A stretch of 64,000 bases of DNA. Origin: Naegleria gruberi. Its lineage: Eukaryota. The position numbers were made by a program, and so were the translations under genes. Location of the stretch: assembly GCA_000004985.1 (NCBI GenBank), contig GG738860.1; one strand, 5' to 3'. This document shows positions 10,426 through 22,810 of this stretch, one piece after another (positions within the stretch are counted from its first letter, which is position 1; the number at the start of each line of letters is the position of its first letter). The notes below the pieces were generated by a model that made no database searches, had not been told where the DNA came from, and was given only the letters and a program-made list of their open reading frames with translations.

Positions 10426-11615
10426 ATGAGTTGCCCATTCTCTGGAAATGCCTCTGCCGGTATGAAGTGTCCAATAACTGGACAATCCTCTGAAACTACT
10501 ACCACTACTGATGATTCTATTGATGCTTGTCCTGTTATCCATGCTGTCAATGATGAAGAAGTAAAGAGTGTCAAGGAAGAAAAGGCCCAACAAGAAACTA
10601 CCGAAGAAGAAGCACAAGGAGAACAATCTGATAACGCTGTTACTAATGCTTTGGAAGCCTTGATGAAGGAATTTGAAGATAGATCCGATATTCCTAGTAT
10701 TGCCGAATATCAAAAGTTGAGAAGAACCACTGCCATTATCACCGGATTTTATGCTAAAGGTACTGAAGCAAAGAAAGACCAATATGAAAATGTTAAAGAA
10801 AGTTTGAAGAGATTGTATGGTGATGAAGAACAATGTAAGGCTCAAATTGCTGCTCTTCAAAAGTATGAAAAATTCAAAGGTTAGTATTTATCTTCCGATC
10901 ATCTTTTAATCATCAAATAATTTTAATTTATTTACATGATGAATTATTAGGTCACTTGAAGTTTAGAGAATATTTGGAAAATTATCAAGATGAATTGAAG
11001 AATTTGGAATTACAAAAAGCTAAACTTGAAGAAACACAAAAACACTATTATGATTTACACATCTGGTCACAAGAAATTGTTAAAATTTGTCAATGGTTAG
11101 AACAACACTTGGATTACTATGCTTATAAAACTATTGTTGATTTGCCAGTTGATAAAATCTTCAAGGGTGTCGTTCCACAAGCTCCTCCAGAATTAACCGA
11201 AGAAGAAAAGTTCAAATATAGCAAGGGTTTAGATGAAATTTGTCACAATTTGGATGAAAGCAAAGACTTTTTCGAAGCCTCAGTCGATGGCAGACTTAAT
11301 AGATATCAAGAAATTGAACGTGAAATTATCAAGTGTCAATTAGAATCTCTTTCCACATCTCCAGCTGAAGATAATCCACGTCGTGAATATATTGAATCAG
11401 AATTGAGACAAGATTTGGCTCACGTAGAATCTCAATTAAAGGATAGTGAACGTCCAGAAACTCAAAAGCGAAGACATTACATGTTAAAGATGCACAAGGA
11501 ATTTATTGAAGTTTTATCTTTCTTCAGAGAAACTCTTGGTGTATTGAACGATTCTAATGTTCCTAAGAAGTATGACTCTAGATATACAAGCAAGTTTACT
11601 ATTGTCGAAGAATAA
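10426..11615 (+). CDS. Hypothetical coiled-coil protein with N-terminal Cys-Pro motifs. Two exons: 10426..10879 and 10951..11615.
   Basis: ATG at 10426 (MSCPFSGNASAGMKCPITGQ...ACPVIHA). Exon 1 ends ...KYEKFK+G with donor GTTAGT at 10880. A 71-nt intron ends TTATTAG at 10950. Exon 2 continues HLKFREYLENYQDELKNLELQKAKLEE... Phases 454+665=1119 nt. No family recognised. Confidence 0.5.
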
Positions 11616-11720
11616 AATTATTTCAATTTTTCAACATTCAAAATACTGTAACGACAGCTGATTTACAGTTGGCGCCAAAACAAAAGGTGCAGTTACATTA
11701 AAAAAAATAAAACAAAAGGG

Positions 11721-14591
11721 ATGAGCCTCAACAAAATCAGTTCGTCCTTATCAAAGACGGACGCACCCTCCTCAGATGTTCTCTTTGATCAAATGGTACG
11801 TAAATTAAATTTATGAACACTAAAAGGGTTTTTTTTAGCTGAGAGATCCTCAGGTAAGAAGGAAATTGGCTTTGGGCAAACATTTTGAAGCTCTCTCCTT
11901 AACGGAGGAAGAGGAAAAAGCCATCAAAGAAGAATTGATTATGGCTAAAAGATATGAAAACGAAATTAATGAAAAAGTAACAAAGAAGATAGAAAATGAA
12001 GAATTAAAAAAGTTACTTATGGAACATGATGACCACAGAGGATCAAGCTCAAAGATGCAAGCTTACTATAATAAGCTTCATCAATTGCAGATACAAGCAG
12101 AAGCAAAGCTTAAAAAACAAATTAGAGAAGCCGAGGAATATGAAATAACAAAACTTCAAGATGATCAACAAAGATTGCTTGAAAATGAAACAAAAAAGCT
12201 TCTGGAAGGTCGGGAATTGTTTCAACAATCAGAAGAAAAAAGAAAAGTAGTGGAAAAGAGGGAATTGGAAAAAAGAGAAAAATGGAAATCTCCCGATGAT
12301 AACACACTCTTTGAATCCAGCAAATCTTCTCCAAAGAAGAGAGACTTGATTTCCTTACTTCAGTCAAATTCTCAACAAAGTAAGTTGTACTATTGCGCCG
12401 ATTCTTAACACTGCGTAGAAAGAGTTATTCTTTTAATGACAGTCGATATTGGTGATGGAAGGTCTGATACTATTACAGTCAGAGAAGAAGATTCATATGT
12501 AGACTTGGCAAAACAGTTTCAAGACAAACATGGCTTAATTGCTGATGTTATTGAACCTCTTGCTGAGCATATTAAGTTCAATGTCGAAAAGGTATTGAAA
12601 GAAAAAACAATGGACATGATTAAAAGTTCCCAATCTAACGTGTATAGTAGAAGTCCTGTATCAAAGAAAACAGATAAGGTATGTTAAATTTAATTTCATA
12701 TATTTATTAATATAATAAGGTTGACAAATATGACGATTTGCAACAAATTGTGGATACTGTAAAGAGGAGCTCAACACCATCTAGCTCTAAAAACAAAAAG
12801 GTTTTTATTTAAAAATAAAATTTAATTTACTAACCCGATACTCATTTATAGCCGATACACGAAAGATTGCACGAAAGTGCTAAATTCAAGGAAGCAAGAA
12901 TATTAAGGATAAAGATGGAACTTACCAAAACTGAAGATGAAAAGATTCAAGAAACAAAGGTACCAATGAGCGAAACAAGTAAAAAGATTGTGGAAGAGAT
13001 TGAAAGAAGTAGAGCAAAGGAAAGATATCAAAATTATGGAGAATTTTTATATAACGAAGGAAAGGAAAATCAAAAACGTCAACAATTGGAACAGGAAAGA
13101 TTAAAGAGACTCGAGGAGGCTAAGGAGGATGTTTTCTCATTCAAGCCACAAATTAACACAAACTTTAAAGTAATAAGGGGAAGTCATGCAGCAAACTCAT
13201 TCAAGGCAAATGTGATAGCCTATGCTGAAAATGAAGAAAAGAAATGCCCTTTCAAACCAAAAATCAATGCCAAGTCTTCAATGATTGCAATGCAAAAAAG
13301 AAATGAGGAATTTCTTTCTGAAGCAAATCCAAATCCATCCATTACACAAGCTCACGAATCACTGTTCAAGGATGCAGAAAAGAGGAGAATTAGAATTGAA
13401 CATATGCAACAAGAGGCTGCTAGAATGTCCCTACCTCCATCTAAAGGAAGTAAACCAAGTCAAGAACATATAGACAAGCTTGTAAACAGTAAGAAAAATG
13501 TTGAAAAACAAATTTCACAATTAAGAGTTCAATTGAACTCCAACTTTGATCCTGATACTGGAAGAGAATTTTTCAAACCAGTAATTAACAAGAGGCCTAA
13601 ATCAGCAGGTGGTAATAGACAGACCCAAAATGTATATGATGAACTATATCAAAGACAATTTGACACAACAAAGTCACTAATCTCAAAAGAATTTTATAAG
13701 GAAGTGAACAAACTTGCAAATAAGAAGCATACAAATGAATCCAGTAAGAAGATTGCTGAGGTTGCTAAGCTTAAAAAGATTTACAAATTATTTGCTTACC
13801 TTGACCAAGACGGAGATGGTTTCCTAAATATTGAAAAAGATATTCTGTCCTCAAGCGAGGAAAGATTTAATGTTTTGGATAAACCATTGCAAGAAATACT
13901 GCTAGATGTTTTTGAGCTCTTTGATGTGGATAGTGATATTGGATTTGAAGAATTTGCTGCTGCTGTTTTTGAACGAATGGAAAAACCAGATTCTAAATCT
14001 GCAATCCTTTCATCTCAAAAGGGTTCTGTTCACAAAGTAAGTGGAATTGATATTCCTCCTTCAGAATTGCCAGATTCTGAGTGTAGCTTCAAACCTAAGA
14101 CAAATAAGAAGAGTGAAGAGATTGTGGTAGCCAAGCGTGCCAGTGCTACTGATCTTCATGATCTTCTTTATAAGGAGAAGGATAAACGAGAACAAAACTT
14201 GTCAAGATTGAAGCAAGCATATACCGAAGACGAAATGCGAGAATGTTCGTTTAAACCTCAAGTTATTAATCCAAGTGCAGAGCATGGAATTTCAGATGAA
14301 ACTCTTAACAGATTGCTAGCTCCAAAAAAGAGACAATCATACTATGGTCCAAGTGAAGACAAGGAGTTAGAAGAATGCACTTTCCGTCCAAAAACAAACA
14401 CAATGCCTGAAGGTGTTTATCAGCAACAAACTAATAATAATAATACCAGTAAGATAATACGGCCAAACAAGAGCTATTCTGAAATTTTCACAACTGAACA
14501 ACCAATCACACCTAGAAAAATCTCATCCAATAATAATCCCAGCAGTGGAAACAAATCAAGTGGTAAAAACCCTCTAAGTCTCCTAAGATAA
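11721..14591 (+). CDS. Coiled-coil, EF-hand-containing protein (890 aa, 5 exons) with six repeated (C/F)xFKP(K/Q)(I/T)N motifs.
   Basis: Exons 11721..11795, 11839..12379, 12443..12678, 12720..12800, 12852..14591. Donors are GTACGT, GTAAGT, GTATGT, GTTTTT. Introns are 41-63 nt. Phases sum to 2673 nt, which is 891 codons. EF-hand loop YLDQDGDGFLNIEKD. Repeats: SFKPQINTNF, CPFKPKINAK, FFKPVINKRP, CSFKPKTNKK, CSFKPQVINP, CTFRPKTNTM. Confidence 0.55.
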
Positions 14592-14595
14592 TAAA

Positions 14596-16278
14596 TTAAT
14601 CTAAAATATCATCCAGTCTTGCATTATATTCAATACTTGTGTTATAAGCTCCTGAAATAGAGTTTGATTGGGCAATGGGAATCATTCTTATTGATTCTTG
14701 TCTCAAACTGTCATGTGTTGCACTATTTCTATAAGAGTTACTATTATTTTCATTTCCTCTAGAATTATTATTTTGGAAGTATGGTCCACTAAGAATTGAA
14801 CTTGCTTGAGTTTGATGTATTATTCTCATTCCGTGTTGATTACCACTACTTGCCACAGAGGAATATAATGGTGTCTCATTATTGAAATAATTTGGAAGGA
14901 ACGTTCGTGGTGCATTGTCATAGTGAGCAGATTCTTCTTCAGAGCATTCATCATCATCATAGTGATTATCCAAATGATAATAGTAAACAGATTTTGGAAC
15001 AATATTGTCTGCACTTGGTGAATCGAGTGCAATCTTTGGTCTTTCTGTATAAATAACTCCAAACTTGATTTCTTCCTCTTCGTTCATATTCTTATCAGAA
15101 AAATCAGGTGATTTTTGTTTGAGAGGTGTTTCAGAGCTTTCTCCACTAAGAAGGGATGATTTGGAATTGACCTTTTTAACCTTTTTCTTAGAACAGCAAT
15201 AACTCTTATATTTTGAAAAGAAATGATGTCCATAAAGAATCATATTCAAGAATCCTTGAAGTGGATTAGTAATTGCTTGTAATAAATCCAACCAAAAAAT
15301 ACCAGAAATCATGGTAGTACTCGTTGGTGATTGTGCAATAATAATTGATTCTTTACCAAATTAGAAATCACATCAAGTATTTGTAAACTTACCAACAAGA
15401 CGATTAATAAAAGCAGGAATCCATGTAATGAAAAATGCAATCATAATAAGAGAGAAATTGAGTATTGTTCGTTTGCCCAATTGTTGATATCTGTCACTAA
15501 GTGATAATACCTCATATCTATTACTCTTCCTTCTATGCATTCTAAAGCAAATGCAAACTCCCAAGAAAAACACTGCACACATACTCACACAAATGTATAC
15601 AATCAAGAATGTAAAGAATCTAAAGTTAAGAAATTGTGAATGATCATGAGCTAATCCAATCCAACACCACTGTTGTAAATTATCTATTCTATTGAATTTC
15701 TGTGTTAGTGACACAGTTACAGTATATAATAGTGGAACAATCCAACAAATTAAATGGAAAATAACCTCAAGAATTATCTTCCTTCTCCTATGCTTTTCCT
15801 CTGAAAAGTGTGGAGTGACACTCAAAAACAGTTGTAAACAAATGCAAGTACTCCAAAACACAGAACTCAGTTCAAAACAAGTCATTAAAAACCCTTGTAA
15901 GAAACAACACCATTCATATTCTAAACTCAACCCGAATAACGAAATCAAATAACTAAAGCTTGCAACTAGATCGCTAACAGATAAATAAAACACCAACCGA
16001 TGATTCATAGCTGTCATTCTATAATTATTTCTCTTTCTAGATTTCTTGTGTTTTCTCCATGAAAGTATTGTAAACAGTATTGTACTGAATATAATAAATG
16101 AAGATCCGAATATTGACAAGATGGAGCTAACTCCAGTTGTGTACCTGAGTGCATTTTGTTCTATGGACACTGTCGTTTCGTTACTAGGTATCGTAGAATT
16201 GTCTTCAACTATCACATATTGACTCAATATATTCCATGAATATTCCATCAGAGATGATGGTATAATAGATTGTATCAT
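14596..16278 (-). CDS. Seven-transmembrane receptor-like protein (GPCR-like) with a Ser/Asn-rich cytoplasmic tail. Two exons: 15393..16278 and 14596..15350.
   Basis: ATG at 16278. Multiple hydrophobic helices (ILSIFGSSFIIFSTILFTIL, LVFYLSVSDLVASFSYLISLFGL, IFHLICWIVPLLYTVTV, FLIVYICVSMCAVFFLGVCICF, ILNFSLIMIAFFITWIPAFI). Exon 1 ends NRLVG with donor GTAAGT. A 42-nt intron 15351..15392 follows. Exon 2 continues ESIIIAQSPTSTTMISGIFWLDLL... in frame (886+755 nt). Confidence 0.55.
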
Positions 16279-17155
16279 TTTCCGAATATAATATTATAAT
16301 TATTATGATAAATGTTCCGAAAGGCTAAACAATCAAGAAGAATCGATCACAGGTAAAAAGCCAAATTAATACTCTCTATTGTTTTTCTCTCTTGATTATA
16401 ACAAACTTGCAAACTATGCTGTTGTACTCCAACAATAACTGTATTTGTGTTACTATTACTGCTCAAGAGTTTCTCTCAATGAAAACTCGCGAGTTATTGT
16501 TGGTTCAATTTTTTTCAATTCGAAGAGTTTTCAAAACCATGCAATTTGTTGTGATATGAAGAGAGATCGGAGGAAAACAGAATGGAACAACTTTCAAAGA
16601 GTTGATGAGCATATGAGAAGTGGTATTATTTTCCACTGGTCAGAACTATTCGCATCGATTAATTGTACTGGAAAATATTACTGAATTGCAATGCCATGAA
16701 TTGATGAGGGTTTCCAAATGAAAACATTTCTTGACCAGTTTACCGGTGGTCTTTTGTTTATGTGATATCATTTGTTTTTTTAAAGGTCACAATAATTAAT
16801 TGGTCCAATGTGTTAATACAGTTACTTTCCATCTTGAAATTATGTTGCCAAAACATACCAACCCATATCTACAGATAAACGTTTTAACTGCATGCTACTG
16901 TTCCAAAGTGTTCAAGACCTCTGAGGTATTGCTCAAGTTAACCACCCTTAATCTCTACATCCAATTAGGATGAGTTGCTTCAAGTTGTGTTGGAATAAAG
17001 TATTAATAGTAGTGAATGTTATTATTTATCCTCTTCGAAGTCGAGCTAGAGAGAGAGGAACTAGGAACGATTTTAATGACCCTCCAACAACACACAATCT
17101 TGAAGGCACAAATAACTCAAACTACAAATTTCTTCACCTCTAAAAAATCAAAAAA

Positions 17156-17980
17156 ATGGATCTTATTCAACTCAAGTGTGTTGTAGTTGGTGATGGTGCT
17201 GTTGGTAAGGTAGGTTATTAAAAGAGGATTCTATTGTGGTGGCTGATCAAACACATTTAACATAGACATGTATGCTTATTTCCTACGCAGAGGACAAGTT
17301 TTCTGATAAATATACACCAACGGTTTTTGGTAGGTTGTTTAATATTGGTAGAGTTTCTGATGGTCGTTAGAAAATTATTCGGCAAATGTTAGATATAAGG
17401 AAAAGACTATAAATTTAACCTTGTGGGATACTGCAGGACAAGAAGTAAGGTAAATATCTTTGAATTTACTCTTAGTAATCAAACAATACTAGTTGTTTTT
17501 AAATATTATTTGATGATTAACCTCTTATTAAGGATTATGATAAATTACGTCCATTGAGTTATCCTGATACAAATGTAAGTATATCAATACCCTTACACCT
17601 TAACTGATGATGGACGATGTAATTAGGTTTTTATAATAGCCTTCTCTGTAGTTAGTAGAACATCATATGAAAATGCTTCTGGCAAGTGGTATCCAGAAAT
17701 TTCTTTACATGCTCCTCTTGCTCCAGTAGTATTAGTTGGCACCAAAATAGATCTTAGAGACGATATGAAGGAAATTGAAAAACTTAAAAGAGAAGGAACA
17801 GAACCAATAACCCGAAAAGAAGGAGAAGAATTAGCAAAGAAAATTAACGCTTTTGAATTTTGTGAATGTAGTGCTCGAAACAAATCAGGATTGAAGGAAG
17901 TTTTCACTACAGTTATAGAAGCTCATGTAAATCCAAAAAAGAAGATTGATCCAAAACCAAAACCTTGCCTTGTTTTGTAG
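17156..17980 (+). CDS. RAC: Rho-family small GTPase (Rac-like), 5 exons, C-terminal CAAX box CLVL.
   Basis: Exons 17156..17209 (MDLIQLKCVVVGDGAVGK), 17266..17329 (TCMLISYAEDKFSDKYTPTVF), 17371..17444 (ENYSANVRYKEKTINLTLWDTAGQE), 17533..17574 (DYDKLRPLSYPDTN), 17627..17980 (VFIIAFSVVSRTSYENASGKWYPE...TKIDLRDD...CLVL*). Donors GTAGGT, GTAGGT, GTAAGG, GTAAGT. Introns 56, 41, 88 and 52 nt. Total 588 nt, 195 aa. P-loop, switch regions and DTAGQE all present. Confidence 0.85.
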
Positions 17981-18049
17981 GTCAATAATCATTATTAAAA
18001 TCTGTATACATTACTATTTGTATTTTAAATATATTAGTACATTGTTAAA

Positions 18050-18541
18050 TTACTTTTTCTGTATTTTGAATAATACTACAGGCACAGTGTTAATTTCAGC
18101 TGTCACAAATGCATCAATTCCTAATACTGTCAATGCTCCTCTAACAACACCACAAGCAAATACTACATAATCCTTTGCAGCATTATTTGTTTCATCAGGG
18201 TTTGATGTTGCAAATCGCGAAAGAAATAAAAATCTATTATCATTTAGTACATATGTTCCTCTATTATTGGTTTTTAAATTATCTACACCTTTTCTAAAAA
18301 CTTCAGCCCAAAATTCTTTACAAATAAATTTAATAATATCAAGATCATCATTAAATCGGGTTGTTCTATCCTTTGTCAATTTCTCGGCAATTCGTAATCC
18401 TACATTATATCCCATACGTTCAACTATAGAATAGGCTTTTTCTTTAGAATTTTTACACAGATCATTCACTACATATTCGATCATTTCCATGTGCAGAAAT
18501 TCAAAACACGACAATGCTGCCTGCTTTGACTTTTGACTCAT
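18050..18541 (-). CDS. TRAPPC6: TRAPP complex subunit 6 (Trs33 / TRAPPC6), single exon.
   Basis: 163 aa. RFNDDLDIIKFICKEFWAEVFRKGVDNLKTNNRGTYVLNDNRFLFL and CGVVRGALTVLGIDAFVTAEI match the Bet3-family fold and specifically the TRAPPC6 pattern (RFKDELDIMKFICKDFW...DNLRTNHQGIYVLQDNKF...). Confidence 0.75.
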   Translation of the reverse strand: MSQKSKQAALSCFEFLHMEMIEYVVNDLCKNSKEKAYSIVERMGYNVGLRIAEKLTKDRTTRFNDDLDIIKFICKEFWAEVFRKGVDNLKTNNRGTYVLNDNRFLFLSRFATSNPDETNNAAKDYVVFACGVVRGALTVLGIDAFVTAEINTVPVVLFKIQKK

Positions 18542-18727
18542 TTTTTATCTATATTTAAAAGACGTTAATTTGATTTAAACAAATTAATCAATTAATAATA
18601 ATTAAAAATTAAATATTTAATAATTCAATAGTATTATTCAATAATTATCCTGTAAATCTGCTATTTCTTTCACTCTCTTTTTGTTTTCCAATCAATATTT
18701 TCCTTTTAAAACATACAATCATAAAAA

Positions 18728-19163
18728 ATGAGTACTGATAAAGTCCCATCCGAATTATTAAAGGACGAAAAATTGGAACATTGCCTTGAAAACATCCTCC
18801 AAAAGACAACCATTGGTTTGTTGGCCTCTGTTGTCCCTGCTTTTGTTCTTTTGAAGGGTAGAAGATCCGCTGCTTTTGGACTTGGTGCCGGTATTGGTTT
18901 TGGTATGGGTTGGACAGAGTAAGTGTTTAATGTGTTCAAGTGCGGAAATTATTAATCTTGTCATCATCATCACAATATTATATTTAAATTATTATTATTA
19001 ACTAATTGTTGAAACAACTTTAATTGATTATTTAATATTATTACAACAACAATCTTTAAATGATGGAAATTTAATTCTCTTTAGATGTCGTTTGCTCATG
19101 GAAAAGAATATTCACTTTAACAAGAAATTCATCGCTCACGTTGAAGTACCAAAGGATCAATAA
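18728..19163 (+). CDS. MIC10: MICOS subunit Mic10 (MINOS1)-like small mitochondrial membrane protein. Exon 1 is 18728..18918; tentative exon 2 is 19085..19163.
   Basis: Exon 1 carries the hallmark glycine zipper GLGAGIGFGMG after a TM helix (TTIGLLASVVPAFVLLKGRRSAAF). The ORF-track stop TAA at 18920 sits inside a GTAAGTG donor. A downstream exon after CTCTTTAG at 19084 adds ECRLLMEKNIHFNKKFIAHVEVPKDQ* in frame (191+79=270 nt), resembling the short C-tail of Mic10 homologs. Exon 2 is inferred. Confidence 0.55.
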
Positions 19164-19177
19164 ACTCACTAATTTAA

Positions 19178-21004
19178 TTATTTAATGGTTGAAATTCCGA
19201 GCCGAGTTACTTCTTCTTCGAAATATGAGTCTAAGGCTTGTTCACTTGGGGACAAGTATCTGACAAGTGAGTCTGATGAAGCTGACATCATTGATTCTGA
19301 TCCCTCTTGTGGTTTAACTTTTTGTTCTAAAACTTTCTCTCTTCTTGTTTCTCGTTCAAACATCTATTAAATATGTTTAGTATATTCAATCTTTAGAAAC
19401 TTACATCATTGATTGCATTCTTTTCATCAATTACTGTCCTAGGTTGACCATTAAAATAGCCACTTAAATCATCGCTTAATTCAATATAACTAACTCCACC
19501 ATCCTTATCACCTACAGCTATATGTCTTCCATTTGCAGTGCTCACACATTGCAAACTCGAAGTAAGATGCAAATTAACAACTGGCTTAGATTGACTGTGA
19601 AGTACATCCCAAACACTGAATGTGCCATCCACAGCTGATGTGAAAAAGACTCCTGGTCTTGTAGGAGACCAGCAACCATCCGTCAGGTAAGAGTCACAAT
19701 ATTTAGTTTCCATAATCGGTGTTTTCCAGATATCGTCATAGTAAATTCTAGCACTCCAATCTCCAATAGTCAGGAAATATTTTGGATTGAAAGGGCACCT
19801 CTGAATTGCAAATATTGAACTGTGATGTCCAAGAAAAACTCTTTCAATCTTTTCTTTTCCTCCCTTTCTAGCTTTCCTATTCCAAATAATTCCTTGTCCT
19901 CTATCCGATCCAATCAATAATTTAGACGTCTAATATTCCAACTAAGATGACTTTTTGAATAATTGAAATACTTACGCTATATGAAGTGTCGTAATCCATA
20001 CATAAGGCTCCAAATTTTTGAGGCTGATAAATCTTAGATTGTATAATTTCCAAAGTATTCCTCTCGAATGGTTCTGTTAAATTTCTTACATCCCAAAATA
20101 ATACTTGTGCATCACTAGAAATACTAACACACTCTGTTGATTGCTTGCTTTGAATCCACTTTACAGAATAGACAGGATCTTTGTGGCTTGCATGACTTGA
20201 TGTATATTCAACAGGATTTGATCCTCTTCTTGTATCAAAAACATATAAACAACCATTTCTGGCTCCTCCAATTAAGCAAGTAGAATCTTTAGGATTAAAC
20301 TCTAAACAACTCAAAGGTGATGTAGGCGATAAGGCCATTTCAGGAGTATTTGGATTTCTGATATCCCAAATATAAGAATTCTTATCAATTTGCTCCGTCA
20401 ATGATTGTGATTGTGGTACAAAGTATGCAACAGCTAACTTTTTTGAATCACCCATACTCCAAGCAATATGGTTGGCTGTTCTTTTGAATTCAGAAGGATC
20501 TTTCAGAATTGTCAGAACAGTTGCAGTCGGTTTTGATGTTGTTGCTTGTATGAGTTGATCATCGAGAGCTGCCTCGCTCTCATCGGAATCGAAATAATGC
20601 TCATAAACATTCAGAGCAGTATTGAGTGATAAATTTCTCATCATTTCATTGGAAAGTGTTTGTGTTGATCTAATATAATTATCATCCTTTTCTATTTTCT
20701 TTTGATGTCTCTTTTTTGCATCCACGTCCAAAGCATTTACATCTTTAGGCCAACCACCTTCTGTGTGGACCATTCCAGAATTTGAATAATTCTTAGTGAG
20801 TGTATTTACAGCATGTTCACTTAATTCAGGAGCAGCTTGAATTCCGATATGACAAGGGTCTCTTTCTTTATAATTTAATGTTCGGATCTTTTCTTCAGGT
20901 TTGATATTTACTAAAATTATTGGTTCGGAATCCTCAAATTCATAGGGCTGCCCCAGCTCACGAATTTTCTTTTTATAACAATATACAATCTCCATTTCAT
21001 ACAA
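19178..21004 (-). CDS. DNAI2: Axonemal (outer-arm) dynein intermediate chain 2 (DNAI2 / IC69 / ODA6 family), WD-repeat protein, 3 exons.
   Basis: Exons 19976..21004, 19405..19929 and 19178..19363 on the minus strand. Both donors are GTAAGT. Introns are 46 and 41 nt. Total 1740 nt, 579 aa. Matches DNAI2 from N-terminus (MEIVYCYKKKIRELGQ vs MEIVYVYVKKRSEFGK) through the WD repeats (SYIWDIRNPNTPEMALSPTSPLSCLEFNPKD, FWDVRNLTEP, GDWSARIYYDD, AWSPTRPGVFFTS) to the conserved C-terminal MFERETRREKVLE. Confidence 0.85.
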
Positions 21005-21367
21005 ATCCTAGGTGAAGAGGTGGAGAACGTTTGTTGTGAGCAGTTATTGAGGCAATTTTTTTTAGTTAACTTTGCCGCCAAAATTTTGAACGATTTGGAA
21101 TACATCTTAAAGAATACATTTTCCAATACTTTGAGAAGGTCTTATTGATCCATTTACCAACCGAATAATATTCTAGTATTCGAGGTGAAATATTTGATAC
21201 TCTTTCAGCGTTCGATTTAAAACTAGTTTCCTTACTAATAAATGTCTTCTTTTTTAATATTTAATATTTGGCAAATAGGTAATAGAAATAAAAGATATAA
21301 TAATGAGATTAGATCATTGATGATTTGTATGATGAGTGTATTATTATCCATATTTAATACAAAAAAA

Positions 21368-22612
21368 ATGAGTCAAGCACCAAGTACCAATGTTGATCAA
21401 TCAACTCTCCGAGAGGAAATACAATTTGGCTTTGATAATTTGATCGGTTCTGTTCAATGTAAATTACAAAAAGATACAAATACACTCTCCGTGCAATTAA
21501 AGGAAGCTGCTACCGGAAGAATTTGGAAATTAAATATTACACCAGAAGTTGCAAACGAAATTAGTAAACAAGGAACAAAATTAAGCGTAGATGCTATTTA
21601 TCAAATGATTACCAATGCTTTCAAAGGAGAGGAAAAGACCCTTTCTATTGAATTATTTTTCACTCCACAAGCTTATCCTTTGAGCACTCCTGTTGCCGAG
21701 ATGAAGGATGTCACTTCTGCTTTGAGCGAAGTATTAAGTGAAAAATGCTCTCTTGTTGTTGATATTTCGTTGAAGGCTGTTTTCTTGACTGTTAAAGTTG
21801 CTTTTATTCTTGATGAATCAGATAGAAATGAAAAGGTCATGATTGAGGAATTACTTCGTAAAAACTTCTATTTTGGACAAGTTATCCAAAAACTTGAACT
21901 CAAGAACACATTGTTAGAACACAAATACTTGTTACAAAGCAATCAAATCACAGAATTGGAAAATAGAATTACTGAACTTACCCAACTTATTATTCAAACA
22001 TTGCAATTGCAAAAATTGAGAAATTTAGAAGCTCTTGTTGCTGAACAACCAAACATGATTGAAGAAGAATCTAGATCAGAAGAGCCTATGGATCAAATAG
22101 ATCAATTTTGTGAAGCTTGCAACCCTAACTGTCTAATTTCACAAGATAAGAAACATTTGGAAGCAAAAGAGACAGCTTGGGGTACTACCTGCAGATTGAG
22201 TAATTATGTTTCCATACATAATAATTATATTGAATTCAAAATAGAGAAAATGACTGAGGAATGTGTCATGTTCTTTGGTGTTATTACTGAAGAATATGAT
22301 AGTATTATTGCTACTGACAATAATGTAATAGGATCTAGCCAATATGTTGATTCATTTGCTCTATCATTGACTGATAAGAAATTGTACACAGGAGGCAGAT
22401 CTGTTGAAGAATTAGTTGCAGTTGATTGGGAAGTTGGAGATAAGGTAGGCATGTTGGTTGACTTTAAACATGCATCTCTCAATTACTTTAAGAATGGCAA
22501 GTTAATCGCCCAAGCATTCAAGGGATTAATTGATGAAAATAAGAGATGGTACTTTGGTGTGAGTTTGTGTAAACAAGGTGATGCCATTTCAATTGCTCCA
22601 AAGGATGATTAA
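21368..22612 (+). CDS. Coiled-coil protein with C-terminal SPRY/B30.2-like domain.
   Basis: ORF-track start at 21242 reads low-complexity AT-rich sequence. The first ATG with a good purine-rich context is at 21368 (MSQAPSTNV...). The C-terminal region WGTTCRLSNYVSIHNNYIEFKIEK...CVMFFGVITEE...KRWYFGVSLCKQGDAISIAP has SPRY-like spacing. The middle is coiled coil. Confidence 0.5.
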   Translation: MSQAPSTNVDQSTLREEIQFGFDNLIGSVQCKLQKDTNTLSVQLKEAATGRIWKLNITPEVANEISKQGTKLSVDAIYQMITNAFKGEEKTLSIELFFTPQAYPLSTPVAEMKDVTSALSEVLSEKCSLVVDISLKAVFLTVKVAFILDESDRNEKVMIEELLRKNFYFGQVIQKLELKNTLLEHKYLLQSNQITELENRITELTQLIIQTLQLQKLRNLEALVAEQPNMIEEESRSEEPMDQIDQFCEACNPNCLISQDKKHLEAKETAWGTTCRLSNYVSIHNNYIEFKIEKMTEECVMFFGVITEEYDSIIATDNNVIGSSQYVDSFALSLTDKKLYTGGRSVEELVAVDWEVGDKVGMLVDFKHASLNYFKNGKLIAQAFKGLIDENKRWYFGVSLCKQGDAISIAPKDD

Positions 22613-22810
22613 TAAACTCTAGGAAAATAACTGTGAAGCGCTTCCTTAACTATTTTAAAATCGGATCATGATTTGTTGCTAATAAAGGTCCGTTTGCATA
22701 ATTCCGTTTAAAATCAATTAAAAAAAATGTGAGTATTGCATGATTGAAGAACGTTAGCCATTATTCTAACAAGACAATTTAATTGATTTTCATCACCACA
22801 GTTTATAAGA

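Noticed and set aside
10360-10860. 166-aa minus-strand ORF opposite the 10426 gene
   Set aside because: It is antisense to a well-supported spliced gene and has a low-complexity hydrophobic product.
21242-21367. Upstream extension of the SPRY-protein ORF (MSSFLIFNIWQIGNRNKRYNNEIRSLMICMM...)
   Set aside because: It is extremely AT-rich, with promoter or UTR-like composition. The ATG at 21368 has a far better context.
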